This document shows positions 1 through 8,930 of a stretch of 21,274 nucleotides of DNA, one piece after another. This stretch comes from Didymodactylos carnosus (taxonomy: Eukaryota). Below the pieces are notes generated by a model. That model was not told where the DNA came from. It was given only the letters and a program-made list of their open reading frames with translations, and did not search any database. Both the position numbers and the translations under genes were made by a program. Within the stretch, counting starts at the first letter, position 1; each line of letters starts with the position of its first letter. The stretch is taken from positions 1 through 21,274 of the forward strand of contig CAJNOQ010003136.1 in assembly GCA_905250885.1 (NCBI GenBank). Direction: 5' to 3'.

Positions 1-439
1 TGTGCGAGGTCTTATTTTGATCAGAAACATTTGCTCTGCAAAGCTGTGTTTTCAAAAAAATTTTAATTGCATGAGTATCCAGGAAAAAAACATTATTTAA
101 AGACCCATTTTTTCGAGGCTCTTGGAAAACTTGCTCAAAATCCCCGAAAAACCAGTTTTGTAACCAAAAGCAATACAGATTCTGGAAGTAGACACTTCAG
201 GCTATCTTTCCATGTGTGTATCTTAAAACCGATTTTTTGACCGAAAATCACCATTTCTGAGGGGAGGGAGGCCCTTAATAGTTAATAATAACTAAAATAA
301 ACTGAGATAAACTATCGTATTTGCAGCCTTCATCCGAACATGGTCACCGAACTATCGGATTGGTGCATGCCTAGACCTAAACAGTAGTTTGTTCGTTCTT
401 TTCCAAAGACACGAACATTTCTCTGGTAATTCAATCGTG

Positions 440-980
440 AACCCAAGTCAAACAAACCTACCGAAGGATCCTACAAGATTCTTACAAAATCTAACTTTAG
501 GATCCTGTAAGATCCTACAAAAATCTTGTGTGACTTTGTAGGAGAATCCGAAAGCCAAAAAACCCTTCAAAATCCTATTGTAAGATTCTTATAGGATCCT
601 GTTGTCAGATCTTATAGAATCTTGCAAGATCCTACAGGATCCTATTGTAAGATTGCAGTAGGATTTTATCGAATTTTCTGCTGGTTTAGCCTCCTAGGTT
701 TATTATTTTTATTTGTTTGATTATTCTCTGATCCCAGCCACCCAAAATCAGGTGATTCTGAGCTAGGATAAGCCCAAGACTTGTGAGTACTGATCCACAC
801 GTCGTTGAACAGTAGCGAGTTTCATCCTATATATATAATCCTATATTTTTCTATAGGACTATACCAAGAATTTTACGGATTCTGTGGCTTAGGATTTCAC
901 AGAACCGTATAACAGGAATCCTATGAAATCCTATTATCAGTAAGATTCTATGGGATCTTGTAGAATCCTAGTAGGATTGC
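440..980. repeat. Degenerate tandem array of 10-13 bp units of the form (T)AGGATCCT / GTAAGATCCTACAA / TAGAATCCT, in two blocks (about 440-700 and 830-980)
   Basis: Visible reiteration of ggatcctacaag, gatcctgtaagatcctacaaaaatc, taggatcctgttgtcagatcttatagaatcttgcaagatcctacaggatcctattgtaagattgcagtaggatt, and again aatcctatgaaatcctattatcagtaagattctatgggatcttgtagaatcctagtaggattg. No ORF. Probably intronic or upstream of the first recognisable PARP4 exon. Confidence 0.7.
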
Positions 981-1053
981 TTGACTTGGGACGACGATAT
1001 TCTTAAATCTTTTTTAGCTTTCTTAATTTTCATGCTATTTTTAATCTTTTTAG

Positions 1054-1190
1054 GTAGTCCAATTAAATCTGGTCCTGTGGTTAAATCGAAAATCGATATT
1101 ACCAAAATAAAAGTATGGAATTATGATGATATCAATTTGCCAACATTTGATGAAATAAATGCTGAAATTGCAAAATGGGCAATATTTAAA
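1054..1190 (+). CDS. Possible PARP4-like exon (C-terminal end of BRCT region; ...KSKIDITKIKVWNYDDINLPTFDEINAEIAKWAIFK). Exon limits and phase uncertain
   Basis: Acceptor ctttttag at 1052-1053, donor GTATTC at 1191. KIKVWNYDD resembles human PARP4 RLLDVKNYDP at the end of BRCT. Not phase-reconciled with the next exon. Confidence 0.3.
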
Positions 1191-1449
1191 GTATTCAGCA
1201 TCAGTTTTTGTTTATTCTTCAGTTACAACACGTTTTCTTTATAGGAAACGAATGATAATTCATTTGTTTATTTTGTCTTGGAAATACAAGTTATACCAGA
1301 TAATCGAATGACCGTTACAAGTGAACATCGAATACGATTTCGTTATGAAAAACAGATGTTTTCAACAGATCAAGTATGTTAACATGCCTATAATAAAACT
1401 TATATATTTGTGTGTCTTTCTTCATTTCTGATCAAAAACGAAAAAATAG

Positions 1450-1589
1450 TTCAATACATGTACAGTGATGATGTGAATGAACAGGAACAATTATTTTCAT
1501 CGTATTACTATCGTATTGCAACAATGCCTCGTATAATAAAAATCAAAGACATGTTACCAAATCATATCGGTTCCAAATCACTTGTTCGG
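1450..1589 (+). CDS. Possible PARP4-like exon (QYMYSDDVNEQEQLFSSYYYRIATMPRIIKIKDMLPNHIGSKSLVR), inter-domain region
   Basis: Acceptor aaaaatag at 1447-1449, donor GTACGT at 1590. Open frame. Weak similarity to the PARP4 region between BRCT and the helical domain. Upstream junction unresolved. Confidence 0.35.
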
Positions 1590-1687
1590 GTACGTCGCTT
1601 TCTTCCACTGTTTCGCGAAACGTGCTGTTATGTACATTTGTATATTGTAGTTATTATGGTGTCATAAGATTGATACACAATCAATAG

Positions 1688-1788
1688 ATGATAGCATTGG
1701 TCAATTAGTTGAATCAATATGGTTAGAATCAGTTGGTGATCTAAAAGAGTTGTTGAGTGTTCAACCAGAAACAATAACAGTGAAAAAT
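1688..1788 (+). CDS. PARP4-like exon (DSIGQLVESIWLESVGDLKELLSVQPETITVKN). An alternative acceptor at 1650 would extend it 5' to 1651 and leave only a 43-bp intron
   Basis: Acceptor caatag at 1686-1687 (or tattgtag at 1649-1650), donor GTAAGA at 1789. Matches human PARP4 SQEVSDLVEMIWAEALGHLEHML. Confidence 0.55.
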
Positions 1789-1977
1789 GTAAGAGAAAGA
1801 CGAGGAAAAAGCTTTTCTACGCTTTGAGTAGGCTTGGACTTCCTGGTTATAGAAGAACAGATAAAGCAGCTTATAGTGCACTCGAGAGGGGGCATCCAAC
1901 GTTGAGGAATTCTAACTGACTAACAAGGTCCTTCAGACTCAATTTATGTATCTTAGTGTTTTAAATTGTTTATTTAG

Positions 1978-2151
1978 ATTATCGAAGCTGAAGCTGTTCT
2001 ATTGGAGCAAAAGCGTTTCTTAGATAATAATGCGAATGATGTATCAGTTGAAATCAATGCCAAATTTTATTCACTTATTCCACACAATTCGCTGTTTGTA
2101 TTGGATTTAAATAATCGACGTGTACTACGTGAAAAAATGGATCTGTGTCAA
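1978..2151 (+). CDS. PARP4-like exon, PARP alpha-helical regulatory domain (IIEAEAVLLEQKRFLDNNANDVSVEINAKFYSLIPHNSLFVLDLNNRRVLREKMDLCQ)
   Basis: Acceptor tatttag at 1975-1977, donor GTAAAG at 2152. The FYSLIPH motif is a hallmark of the PARP helical domain (FYTLIPH in PARP1, FYRLIPH in PARP4). Phase 0 continuity with the 1688-1788 exon. Confidence 0.8.
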
Positions 2152-2317
2152 GTAAAGTTTAACTTTATTCTTTCATCTGTAAAAAGGGGGATAAAAATTT
2201 CAGATTTTCAACAATTTTTCCCTTTACAAATTTTCACTCCTTGTTCTTCTTCAGAAGAAGAATTTATAGGAAGAGTTACACAAAAACATACTTTTCTTTT
2301 TGCTTTGTTCGGAGTAG

Positions 2318-2481
2318 ATGTTGCGTGATATGTTAACTGTCAATGAAATAACAAATTGGAATGTAAAAGCCTCCACTGAAGCTAAATATCGTTCGCTGAA
2401 ATGTTATATAAATACGATGGACAAAGATTCATTGGAATTTAGAAAACTTAGTGATATGATTCATTTATCATCCACAGATTC
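2318..2481 (+). CDS. PARP4-like exon (MLRDMLTVNEITNWNVKASTEAKYRSLKCYINTMDKDSLEFRKLSDMIHLSSTD-S)
   Basis: Acceptor ggagtag at 2315-2317 after a pyrimidine tract, donor GTATGT at 2482, ends in phase 2. AKYRSLKCYI matches human PARP4 AKYRALRCKI. Confidence 0.75.
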
Positions 2482-2542
2482 GTATGTATTCTGTGTGTAA
2501 TAACAAAAACGACACAATCACGACTATGATTTTATGTTACAG

Positions 2543-2680
2543 AAATGAACAAGTAATTATTCATAATATATTCGAAGTGACTAGACAAACGGAAGTAATT
2601 AATTTTCAAACAACATTACATAATCAATGTCAACTCTTTCATGGTTCAAAATACAGCAATTTTCTTGGTATTTTATCAAG
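2543..2680 (+). CDS. PARP4-like exon, start of the ADP-ribosyltransferase fold (NEQVIIHNIFEVTRQTEVINFQTTLHNQCQLFHGSKYSNFLGILS-R)
   Basis: Acceptor ttacag at 2537-2542, donor GTAATT at 2681, phase 2 in and out. Contains the catalytic H-G-S motif (LFHGS...NFLGILS compare LLWHGSR..NFAGILSQG of PARP1). Confidence 0.85.
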
Positions 2681-3114
2681 GTAATTTACTTCAATGAATT
2701 TTTTAACGAACCTTAGGGTCATGTAAATGACCCAAAATAGGACGTGTACAATCCCCAAGTCAACACTATTGCCGTAGTCATGCCACGAGCACGCTTATCA
2801 CGACATGATGGCTATAGATTTGCTTACTCATGTGGCGATTGCTATAAAATTTTGATGTCACTTTGCGATCGCGATATATTCTTACTATTAGGGTTTTCCA
2901 TGAACATGGAAACACGCTCTCCTCTCTTAGAAACACGTTACTTATGGCAAGTAATATTAAGGTTTCAGTAGCTTGCAGACCCAGGTTGATTACAACTAAC
3001 TTAGTTCTCTTTTTAGTTCTCTTTGAAACCATGGTCTATTCTTTTGTGATGATGATAGCGAATAATTTGAGAAGAGTTCCATATGTTTACGCTGATAATT
3101 TTTTATTTTTGTAG

Positions 3115-3213
3115 AGGTTTGTTAATGCCAAAAATAATTGTTAATGAAATGGGAAATACAAGAACTGATGTCGGACATTTAGGTTATGGTTTGTACTTTT
3201 CAGATTCAGTGAG
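3115..3213 (+). CDS. PARP4-like exon, catalytic domain (R-GLLMPKIIVNEMGNTRTDVGHLGYGLYFSDSV)
   Basis: Acceptor ttttgtag at 3111-3114, donor GTAATA at 3214. GYGLYFSDS is equivalent to GKGIYFADM of PARP1 (nicotinamide-stacking Tyr). Phase 2 to phase 2. Confidence 0.85.
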
Positions 3214-3275
3214 GTAATATATTTTTATGGTAATAGCGTACTTTAATCTTATCGTTTCTCTATGTGTTGTTTTAG

Positions 3276-3459
3276 TACGTCTTTGCAGTACACAAATAAA
3301 AGTGATCAAAACAGGAAGCGTTTATTGTGTATATGTCAAGTGGCTCTTGGTGACAGTGCGAATTACTACTCATATGCATGTGATTTAACGCAAGCACCGG
3401 AAAATTATCATAGTGTTCATGGTGTTAAAATGACAAATGAAAATCATTCAGTATTTGAA
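3276..3459 (+). CDS. PARP4-like exon, catalytic domain (S-TSLQYTNKSDQNRKRLLCICQVALGDSANYYSYACDLTQAPENYHSVHGVKMTNENHSVFE)
   Basis: Acceptor ttgttttag at 3271-3275, donor GTAATT at 3460. LCICQVALGD compare LLLICDVALGK of human PARP4. YHSVHGV compare YDSVHGV. Confidence 0.85.
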
Positions 3460-3533
3460 GTAATTTTTTTGTCTTATCCTCTGATAATATATTATGTATC
3501 ATTCATTAATTCTAATTTTCTTTTCTTGTACAG

Positions 3534-3690
3534 GATAATGAGTTTGTCATTTATAATCTTGATCAACAACGTCTTCTCTATTTGGTGGAAGTTTCATGGC
3601 ATCCACATGATGTCATTTCAAATATTCCCATCACAAAATTACCAATTATATGGGATCAAATGGCAGAGCGGCAACTATCAACAATAGAAA
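3534..3690 (+). CDS. PARP4-like exon, end of catalytic domain carrying the catalytic Glu (DNEFVIYNLDQQRLLYLVEVSWHPHDVISNIPITKLPIIWDQMAERQLSTIE-)
   Basis: Acceptor cttgtacag at 3531-3533, donor GTAAAA at 3691, ends in phase 1. NEFVIYN compare NEYIVYD of PARP1 and DEFVVYK of PARP4. The H-Y-E triad is therefore complete. Confidence 0.85.
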
Positions 3691-3749
3691 GTAAAACTTT
3701 GGTTCTTACTACTGAGATCATCCTTATATTTTCAAATTATTTTTTTTAG

Positions 3750-3877
3750 TACCAGAACTAATTGAAGACGAAGTAATACAGATCGCTGAACAAGATTATG
3801 GTCTTATTACTTCTGGTCGACGTTTGCCATTGAAACAATTTCATATTCGAGCACAATTAATTGATATTACCGCCGAA
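3750..3877 (+). CDS. PARP4-like exon, start of VIT domain (PELIEDEVIQIAEQDYGLITSGRRLPLKQFHIRAQLIDITAE)
   Basis: Acceptor ttttttttag at 3747-3749, donor GTAAAT at 3878. Phase 1 in, phase 0 out. Confidence 0.8.
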
Positions 3878-3937
3878 GTAAATAGTTAATGTTTTTATAT
3901 TAAATAACGTCGGTTGTTTGAAATTCTCATATTGCAG

Positions 3938-4156
3938 GTTGTACTGTATCAATTGTTTCATAATAATAATTCGCAATCAATAGAAGCCAAATATGTTTTC
4001 CCACTTGATGAACATTCAACCGTTTGTGGTTTTGAAGCACATGTTAACAACAAGGTCATCATCGGTGTGGTTAAAGAAAAAGAGCAAGCTAAAAAAGAAT
4101 ATAGGGAGGCAATTGAAAAAGGTCACGGTGCTTATTTAATGGATCAAGAACAACCG
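3938..4156 (+). CDS. PARP4-like exon, VIT domain core (VVLYQLFHNNNSQSIEAKYVFPLDEHSTVCGFEAHVNNKVIIGVVKEKEQAKKEYREAIEKGHGAYLMDQEQP)
   Basis: Acceptor atattgcag at 3935-3937, donor GTATAT at 4157. Near-diagnostic VIT signature: human PARP4 has IEAKYIFPLDDKAAVCGFEAFINGKHIVGEIKEKEEAQQEYLEAVTQGHGAYLMSQDAP. Confidence 0.9.
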
Positions 4157-4224
4157 GTATATTCATGAAAATAAAAAATAATAAATAGAATTGAACCATC
4201 CATAATACTTTCTTTTTTATCTAG

Positions 4225-4389
4225 GAAGTATTCAGCGTGTCCGTCGGAAATTTACCACCCAATTGTGAAGTTGTTATTAAAATTACTTATGTCCAAGAAT
4301 TGCCAATTGAAAATGATGATGTGATGTTTCGCTTACCAGCAAAAGTAGCCGATTGGCAATCGAAAATGGCCATTGAACATCACGACCAA
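4225..4389 (+). CDS. PARP4-like exon, VIT domain (EVFSVSVGNLPPNCEVVIKITYVQELPIENDDVMFRLPAKVADWQSKMAIEHHDQ)
   Basis: Acceptor tttatctag at 4222-4224, donor GTGCGT at 4390. Human DVFTVSVGNLPPKAKVLIKITYITEL. Confidence 0.85.
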
Positions 4390-4704
4390 GTGCGTTTTCT
4401 CTTCATAAACGACCTAAGCAAGGGATGAAATTCAAAACCAATAAAGATAGCCACTGTTTTTGAGAGAAAGACAATTAAACTATATGTCATCAAAGCAGAA
4501 GTTCTTATAATAGTTTACCATTAAACTCATAGATATTTCACGTGCGTTTTGAGATTATCAAATGTCCTAGAAATTCGGGTTAATGTAGATCTACAGCTTT
4601 AAAACGTGCTGGAACTCTAATCTAGTTTACAGACGCTAAAAGATAAAAATGCGTAGAATTTTTGACCATTTATACGACTGGATTCATATTATTTTTTGTT
4701 TTAG

Positions 4705-5547
4705 ACTATACTACCATCAATTGGAATGACATCAACAACTGATTCAAATCAAATTCAATTTAGCTTAAAAGCCACCGTACAAATGCCATACTCAATAAAA
4801 AAACTATTTTCACCAACACATCGTCTTCGTCGAAAGGTAACCGATTGTCAAGCAATGATTGAATTAATTGATAATATTTTTGATAAAGATTTTATTTTAA
4901 CAATCACATTGCAAACAATTCATATTCCTCGTATGTTAGTTGAAACATATAAATCAGATTCAGAATCAAAAGCTTGTATGTTAACATTTTATCCTGAATT
5001 TGATTTTGAAACAACACAAGTCACAATTGAAATTATTTATTTAATCGATTCATCAAATTCGATGGATGGAAAAACGATGAAACAAGCGAAACAGTTGGCA
5101 CATCTTTTTCTGTCAAATATGATAAGTTCCACCAATAAAAATAACAACATTTTATTTAATATTGTTACATTTGGCTCAGATAATGATGAATGTTTTCCTG
5201 TGTCTGTTCCATTAATAAAAGAAAATTTAGACAAAGCAAAACATTTTGTTCTTCATTCATTGAGTCATCGTGGTAATACAGATCTGTTTTCTGTTCTTCG
5301 AAATTATTCATTATTATCTGGTAGAGGAGAACGTAATTTTATTTTATTATCCGATGGTCATCTGAATGATATGAAAGCTATTATTTTGTTGTTAAAACAG
5401 CAGCAAATGAAACATGATCGATTTTTTACATGTTCTATTAGTGAAACAGCTAATAAACATAACCTGAAACAATTAATTAGTTGTACAAGTGGTGGGGGTC
5501 AATCAACAGTATTCGATACTAACTATCGTTCGAAATGGAAAATAAAA
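4705..5547 (+). CDS. PARP4-like large exon: end of VIT plus the complete von Willebrand factor A domain with an intact MIDAS motif (IIYLIDSSNSMDGK ... NIVTFGSDND ... FILLSDGHLND)
   Basis: Acceptor ttgttttag at 4702-4704, single open frame of 281 codons. DxSxS (DSSNSM), T (VTFGS) and D (LLSDG) of MIDAS are all present. SPTHRLRRKVTDCQAMIEL compare human SDTHELKQKRTDCKAVIST. Proposed 3' donor GTAGAA at 5548 is weak but gives KWKIK/VLNILESIRQP. In-frame stop at 5560-5562 if unspliced. Confidence 0.8.
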
Positions 5548-5617
5548 GTAGAAACAGAATGAAACTTAAAAAGTTTCTTAACTTTTACAACACTTTTTCT
5601 CCTTCGTTTTGTTGTAG

Positions 5618-5797
5618 GTATTGAATATTTTAGAAAGTATTCGTCAACCATGCGTCAACGGGATTGTTATTGATTGGCATAACGAACAATTAGATGAAAA
5701 TAACAATCTGCAATTTCTTCAAGCACCATCACATATACACTCACTGTTTAACGGTCAACGTCTAACAATTTATGGTTTTATTAATAACTGCTATAAA
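5618..5797 (+). CDS. PARP4-like exon (VLNILESIRQPCVNGIVIDWHNEQLDENNNLQFLQAPSHIHSLFNGQRLTIYGFINNCYK)
   Basis: Acceptor ttgttgtag at 5615-5617, donor GTAAGA at 5798. Human PARP4 has QAPAQVPSLFLNDRLLVYGFIPHCTQ. Confidence 0.8.
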
Positions 5798-5999
5798 GTA
5801 AGAAGAATGCTAAAAAGTAAAATTAACTAATATCACACTTCCTCAAAACCTAAAAGATGCCTGACTCCTCTCTTTTGATACACTGTTACGACTATTTAAC
5901 TGCATCAATGTGACAGATTTGTCCGTAACATTTCTGAGATATAAAAAGCGATGAACCTTAAATGCTATCTCAACTTTTTATTAAAAGTAATAATGAAGA

Positions 6000-6580
6000 C
6001 TATTACCGTTTAAAAAAAAGAAAGGCAGGTGGGTAGATTGCTTATAACTTTTAAAGGGAAAGAGCTAGAGACATGCGGTCTTCACCGTTGGATAGAGAAC
6101 ATCAGAGAACGTAGGCGTATGTGAAAACTGGGCCTCCAGGTAAGGTTTATCATGGCAAACCTTTCGATGCAAAGTCTACGAGACCGCCGTTCCAGGACAG
6201 TACGATGGATTTTGATTTTCAAACAGTGCAATGGATAGCTCAAACCGAGATCTACAATTCTAGACCGGTCTTAACTCTCTATCTCTTAAGATTCAAGAGT
6301 TATAAGCACTTTTACGAGCGCTCCGATTTCGGTTAGTTGACCTTGAGTGATCTTAAGATAGGTCAAGATAGAGGTATTCGGCAACGCTGAGTCGAGCGAT
6401 GATGTTTATTTTTGATTGCAAACCAACCTATAGTCACTAAATAAAAATTTCGAAATATCCACTCTATACGCAACATAGCGGTAGAATGCTTTAATTTGAA
6501 AATCCGCATGTCTCTAGCTCTTTCCCTTTAAAAGTTATAAGCAATCTACCCAGCTGCCTTTCTGTCTTAAAACGGTAATA
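6000..6580. mobile_element. MITE-like non-autonomous DNA transposon (about 581 bp) with roughly 80-bp terminal inverted repeats, inserted in a PARP4 intron
   Basis: Left end ctattaccgtttaaaaaaaagaaaggcaggtgggtagattgcttataacttttaaagggaaagagctagagacatgcgg (6000-6078) is the reverse complement of the right end ccgcatgtctctagctctttccctttaaaagttataagcaatctacccagctgcctttctgtcttaaaacggtaatag (6504-6580) with few mismatches. No transposase-length ORF inside. Confidence 0.7.
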
Positions 6581-6869
6581 GAGCTGGTACCCGGCAACAC
6601 ATGACCGAGTCTAACTTAACAGAATCACACATCACGACCCTGTTTGTTCTTGATTTATCTAACAATGTACTGCTCGTCGCCGTAGTCCTTCCTTCTCATC
6701 GTGGATAAAAGGAGGAGCAGGATAGTGCTTATGTAAGCCTGTGAGATTCAGACTCAATATGTTTGACCACTGCGCAAACAGTTTACGTGTCATCATCAAA
6801 TCATTAATTTCAAAAAGACGATTTTTCTTTAAATCAACTAAGTATTGTTCTTTTCTGTCTTGTTTAAAG

Positions 6870-7068
6870 GCAACACTAAAAGCAAATGTTAATGGATGTG
6901 AATTGACAACGACTGTATTTACAAATAAAATGACTGAAACAACAGGAAAAATTCTACATTGTCTGGCAGCTCGAGCAATTATTGATGATTGGGAAAATGG
7001 ATTGGTGAATATGGACGATATAGAGAATGAAGTAAATTTTTTCTTTCCAATTAAAAATAGTAGTAAAG
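6870..7068 (+). CDS. PARP4-like exon (ATLKANVNGCELTTTVFTNKMTETTGKILHCLAARAIIDDWENGLVNMDDIENEVNFFFPIKNSSK-)
   Basis: Acceptor ttgtttaaag at 6867-6869. KILHCLAARAII matches human MIHKLAARALI. Donor chosen at 7069 (GTGCAA, phase 1) because only this phase joins the next exon. A stronger consensus donor GTAAAT at 7032 exists but is phase-incompatible. Confidence 0.6.
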
Positions 7069-7151
7069 GTGCAACACATTATAGTTTTGTGTTTAGCTGA
7101 TAAAATCTCACTTTAAACAACATATTATTGATCTGAGTATAAAATATTCAG

Positions 7152-7220
7152 TCGTTAGCCCATTTACAAGTTTCATTGCCATCGAAGAAAGGGATAAAGA
7201 CGATAAATTTACACATGAAG
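7152..7220 (+). CDS. PARP4-like exon (V-VSPFTSFIAIEERDKDDKFTHE-G)
   Basis: Acceptor atattcag at 7149-7151, donor GTGAAT at 7221. FTSFIAIEERDKDD compare human FTSFVAVEKRDENE. Phase 1 to phase 1. Confidence 0.65.
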
Positions 7221-7287
7221 GTGAATATTGAATGATTCATCCTTCACTTATGAACAGCCGATTACAGTCACTCTTTTTTTGTTTTAG

Positions 7288-7367
7288 GTGTTCAACTGTT
7301 AGATATTATGTTAGAAAAAGACATAGATGTATTACCATACGTTGGATGGGATGGCGAAAAATCGCAG
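7288..7367 (+). CDS. PARP4-like exon (G-VQLLDIMLEKDIDVLPYVGWDGEKSQ)
   Basis: Acceptor ttgttttag at 7285-7287, donor GTATAT at 7368. DIDVLPYVGWDGE compare human EDVDFLPYMSWQGE. This motif is specific to PARP4 rather than the paralog VWA5A. Confidence 0.75.
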
Positions 7368-7702
7368 GTATATGAAAAGTTTGAGAAACGTTCGCTGAAC
7401 GTTCACGTGTTCATTTTTTCCCAACGCTCGTCCTGTATGATGACTGTCGAGCGACTCACGCTTTCATCGTGAAAATAGGCTTTCAAATCACTTTTCCAAA
7501 TCTACACGGGAGCGTTCTGCGTTGGCTCAGGTACTTTCCTCAATCAGTTTCAACCAGTAGCAGAAGAAATTTATCACCATTGAATTCAGTCTCGAGCAGG
7601 ACTTCCGATTTGAAGTATTGTCCGAGAAGTGTTAATAACTACTGGACTTACAAAGCTTTTTTTATGTAATCCGTATAATTTTTCATTTTATTTCACTTTT
7701 AG

Positions 7703-7928
7703 TCAGTCTCAATAAAAGAACAATTAATTGATTCAAAAAAACAATTGGATTCATCGTCTGTAACAGAGAAAATTCGATTATGTCCGGAACTTATTTCCTT
7801 ATGTAAAAATGTTTCATATCGACAATGCTATGAAAAATTTGATACAATGTTAACGTTGATTGATACATATTATTATACATTAAAAAATCAAGAACAAGCT
7901 ATCGAACTTCTGAAGCAAATGAAATTCG
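7703..7928 (+). CDS. Tentative PARP4 exon (SVSIKEQLIDSKKQLDSSSVTEKIRLCPELISLCKNVSYRQCYEKFDTMLTLIDTYYYTLKNQEQAIELLKQMKF-)
   Basis: Acceptor cacttttag at 7699-7702, donor GTAATT at 7929. Open and phase-compatible (0 in, 1 out), but no counterpart in the human protein. Could be a lineage-specific insert or a false exon, since 7367 can also join 8527 directly in frame. Confidence 0.3.
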
Positions 7929-7999
7929 GTAATTATATAATTCAAAATACTCTAAAGTTTTTCTACTTTTTTGGTGTTCTCTTTTTCGTTCGTATCTAG

Positions 8000-8090
8000 A
8001 TGTTAAATTGGAAATGGAAACGGCATCCTCTGAAGAACGTACGCAAATGGAAAGTCGTTTGAATTCAATGAAATATTTGTTTGATGAAAT
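8000..8090 (+). CDS. Tentative PARP4 exon (D-VKLEMETASSEERTQMESRLNSMKYLFDE-); runs into an in-frame TAG at 8092-8094 if the weak donor at 8091 is not used
   Basis: Acceptor cgtatctag at 7997-7999. The donor GTAGTT at 8091 is weak. Either a terminal exon of a short isoform (stop 8092-8094) or an internal exon. Confidence 0.3.
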
Positions 8091-8152
8091 GTAGTTAAAA
8101 TACTGTGTTGAGAATATTACACATAATCCTACATGCTTTAACTCTGTTTCAG

Positions 8153-8252
8153 GTTGGAAAAAGAAGAGCTCGATCTTTCTGTGTTAGAGTCGGAATCCAA
8201 AGTAAGAGTGTGGACATTAGGAGAGACTGCAAAAGAAATTACTAAAGAAGCA
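8153..8252 (+). CDS. Tentative PARP4 exon (M-LEKEELDLSVLESESKVRVWTLGETAKEITKEA)
   Basis: Acceptor ctctgtttcag at 8149-8152, donor GTACTT at 8253. Phase chain with neighbours is consistent, but an internal GTAAGA at 8202 competes. Confidence 0.3.
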
Positions 8253-8308
8253 GTACTTTCAGATTTCGAAAAAGGAAATAAAACTCGTTACTTACACATT
8301 TATTTTAG

Positions 8309-8389
8309 GAAAGTAGTATGACGCTGAATGCTTTTAGTACAAATTTAACGTGGCAAAATGATCTATTTGATGTAACGCCAGCATTGATG
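8309..8389 (+). CDS. Tentative PARP4 exon (ESSMTLNAFSTNLTWQNDLFDVTPALM)
   Basis: Acceptor ttattttag at 8305-8308, donor GTAAGA at 8390, 27 codons, phase 0 to phase 0. Confidence 0.35.
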
Positions 8390-8526
8390 GTAAGAATAGT
8401 TTTGTTTCAAGTAGTATAAAATGATATAATCGAAGGACTCATTCAGCCTAATGCAAGAAACCTTGATATTCGATCCATAATTAGTTGTTGTTTATTTGCT
8501 ATTACGATTTTCCAACTTTTTTCTAG

Positions 8527-8821
8527 CCACCAGAGATACAAATGGACAGTAAGACAATGGAAATGTATGCACGACAATTGAGAGAAGCAGCAGCCGTCCC
8601 ACTTCCTGACGAAGACGACGATCTCGAGGGTGGTATAGGCTGGGACGTGTTTACTGGTGGAATGACGCCTACATCGGTGGATCTTCTGGAAATGAACGAT
8701 GCCTGTTCCCTAAGTGATGTCGGAAACAAAAGAGACGAAAGAAAAAAAGGGAAGAAAAAAACGGAAGAAAAATATCGGGATGGTACCAGTCCCAGCAATA
8801 GAATGAACAAACTTCAGACAG
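8527..8821 (+). CDS. PARP4-like exon, acidic segment (PPEIQMDSKTMEMYARQLREAAAVPLPDEDDDLEGGIGWDVFTGGMTPTSVDLLEMNDACSLSDVGNKRDERKKGKKKTEEKYRDGTSPSNRMNKLQT-)
   Basis: Acceptor ttttttctag at 8523-8526, donor GTGTGT at 8822 (alternative GTACCA at 8783, same phase). EDDDLEGGIG...VDLLEMNDAC compare human PARP4 EDFEEDGLGV...VEKLLDLSWTESC. GC-richer than the introns. Ends in phase 1, matching the acceptor at 10750. Confidence 0.65.
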
Positions 8822-8930
8822 GTGTGTTAGGTATTGTAAATATTTTACGAGCAAATCTTGCAGAAGTCTTGGAGCGGTGTTGGTGTAGCCCATTTTGGTA
8901 GTTCCCATTTTAAAAAGCTCGTAGTTCAGT

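Noticed and set aside
2744-3114. ORFs 2744-2971 (+), 2778-3032 (-) and 2863-3114 (+) inside the catalytic-domain intron.
   Set aside because: No domain similarity and mutually overlapping. They lie between two exons whose junction (ILS-R-GLL) is strongly supported, so they are intronic.
4726-5562. ORF 4726-5562 (278 aa) as a complete single-exon vWA protein gene.
   Set aside because: It is an internal exon: its frame is open upstream to the acceptor at 4704 and is phase-linked to the VIT exons. Its start M is internal.
6121-6336. ORFs inside the MITE (6121-6336) and foldback or MITE interiors (9825-10377).
   Set aside because: Short, no transposase motifs, and they lie between terminal inverted repeats of non-autonomous elements.
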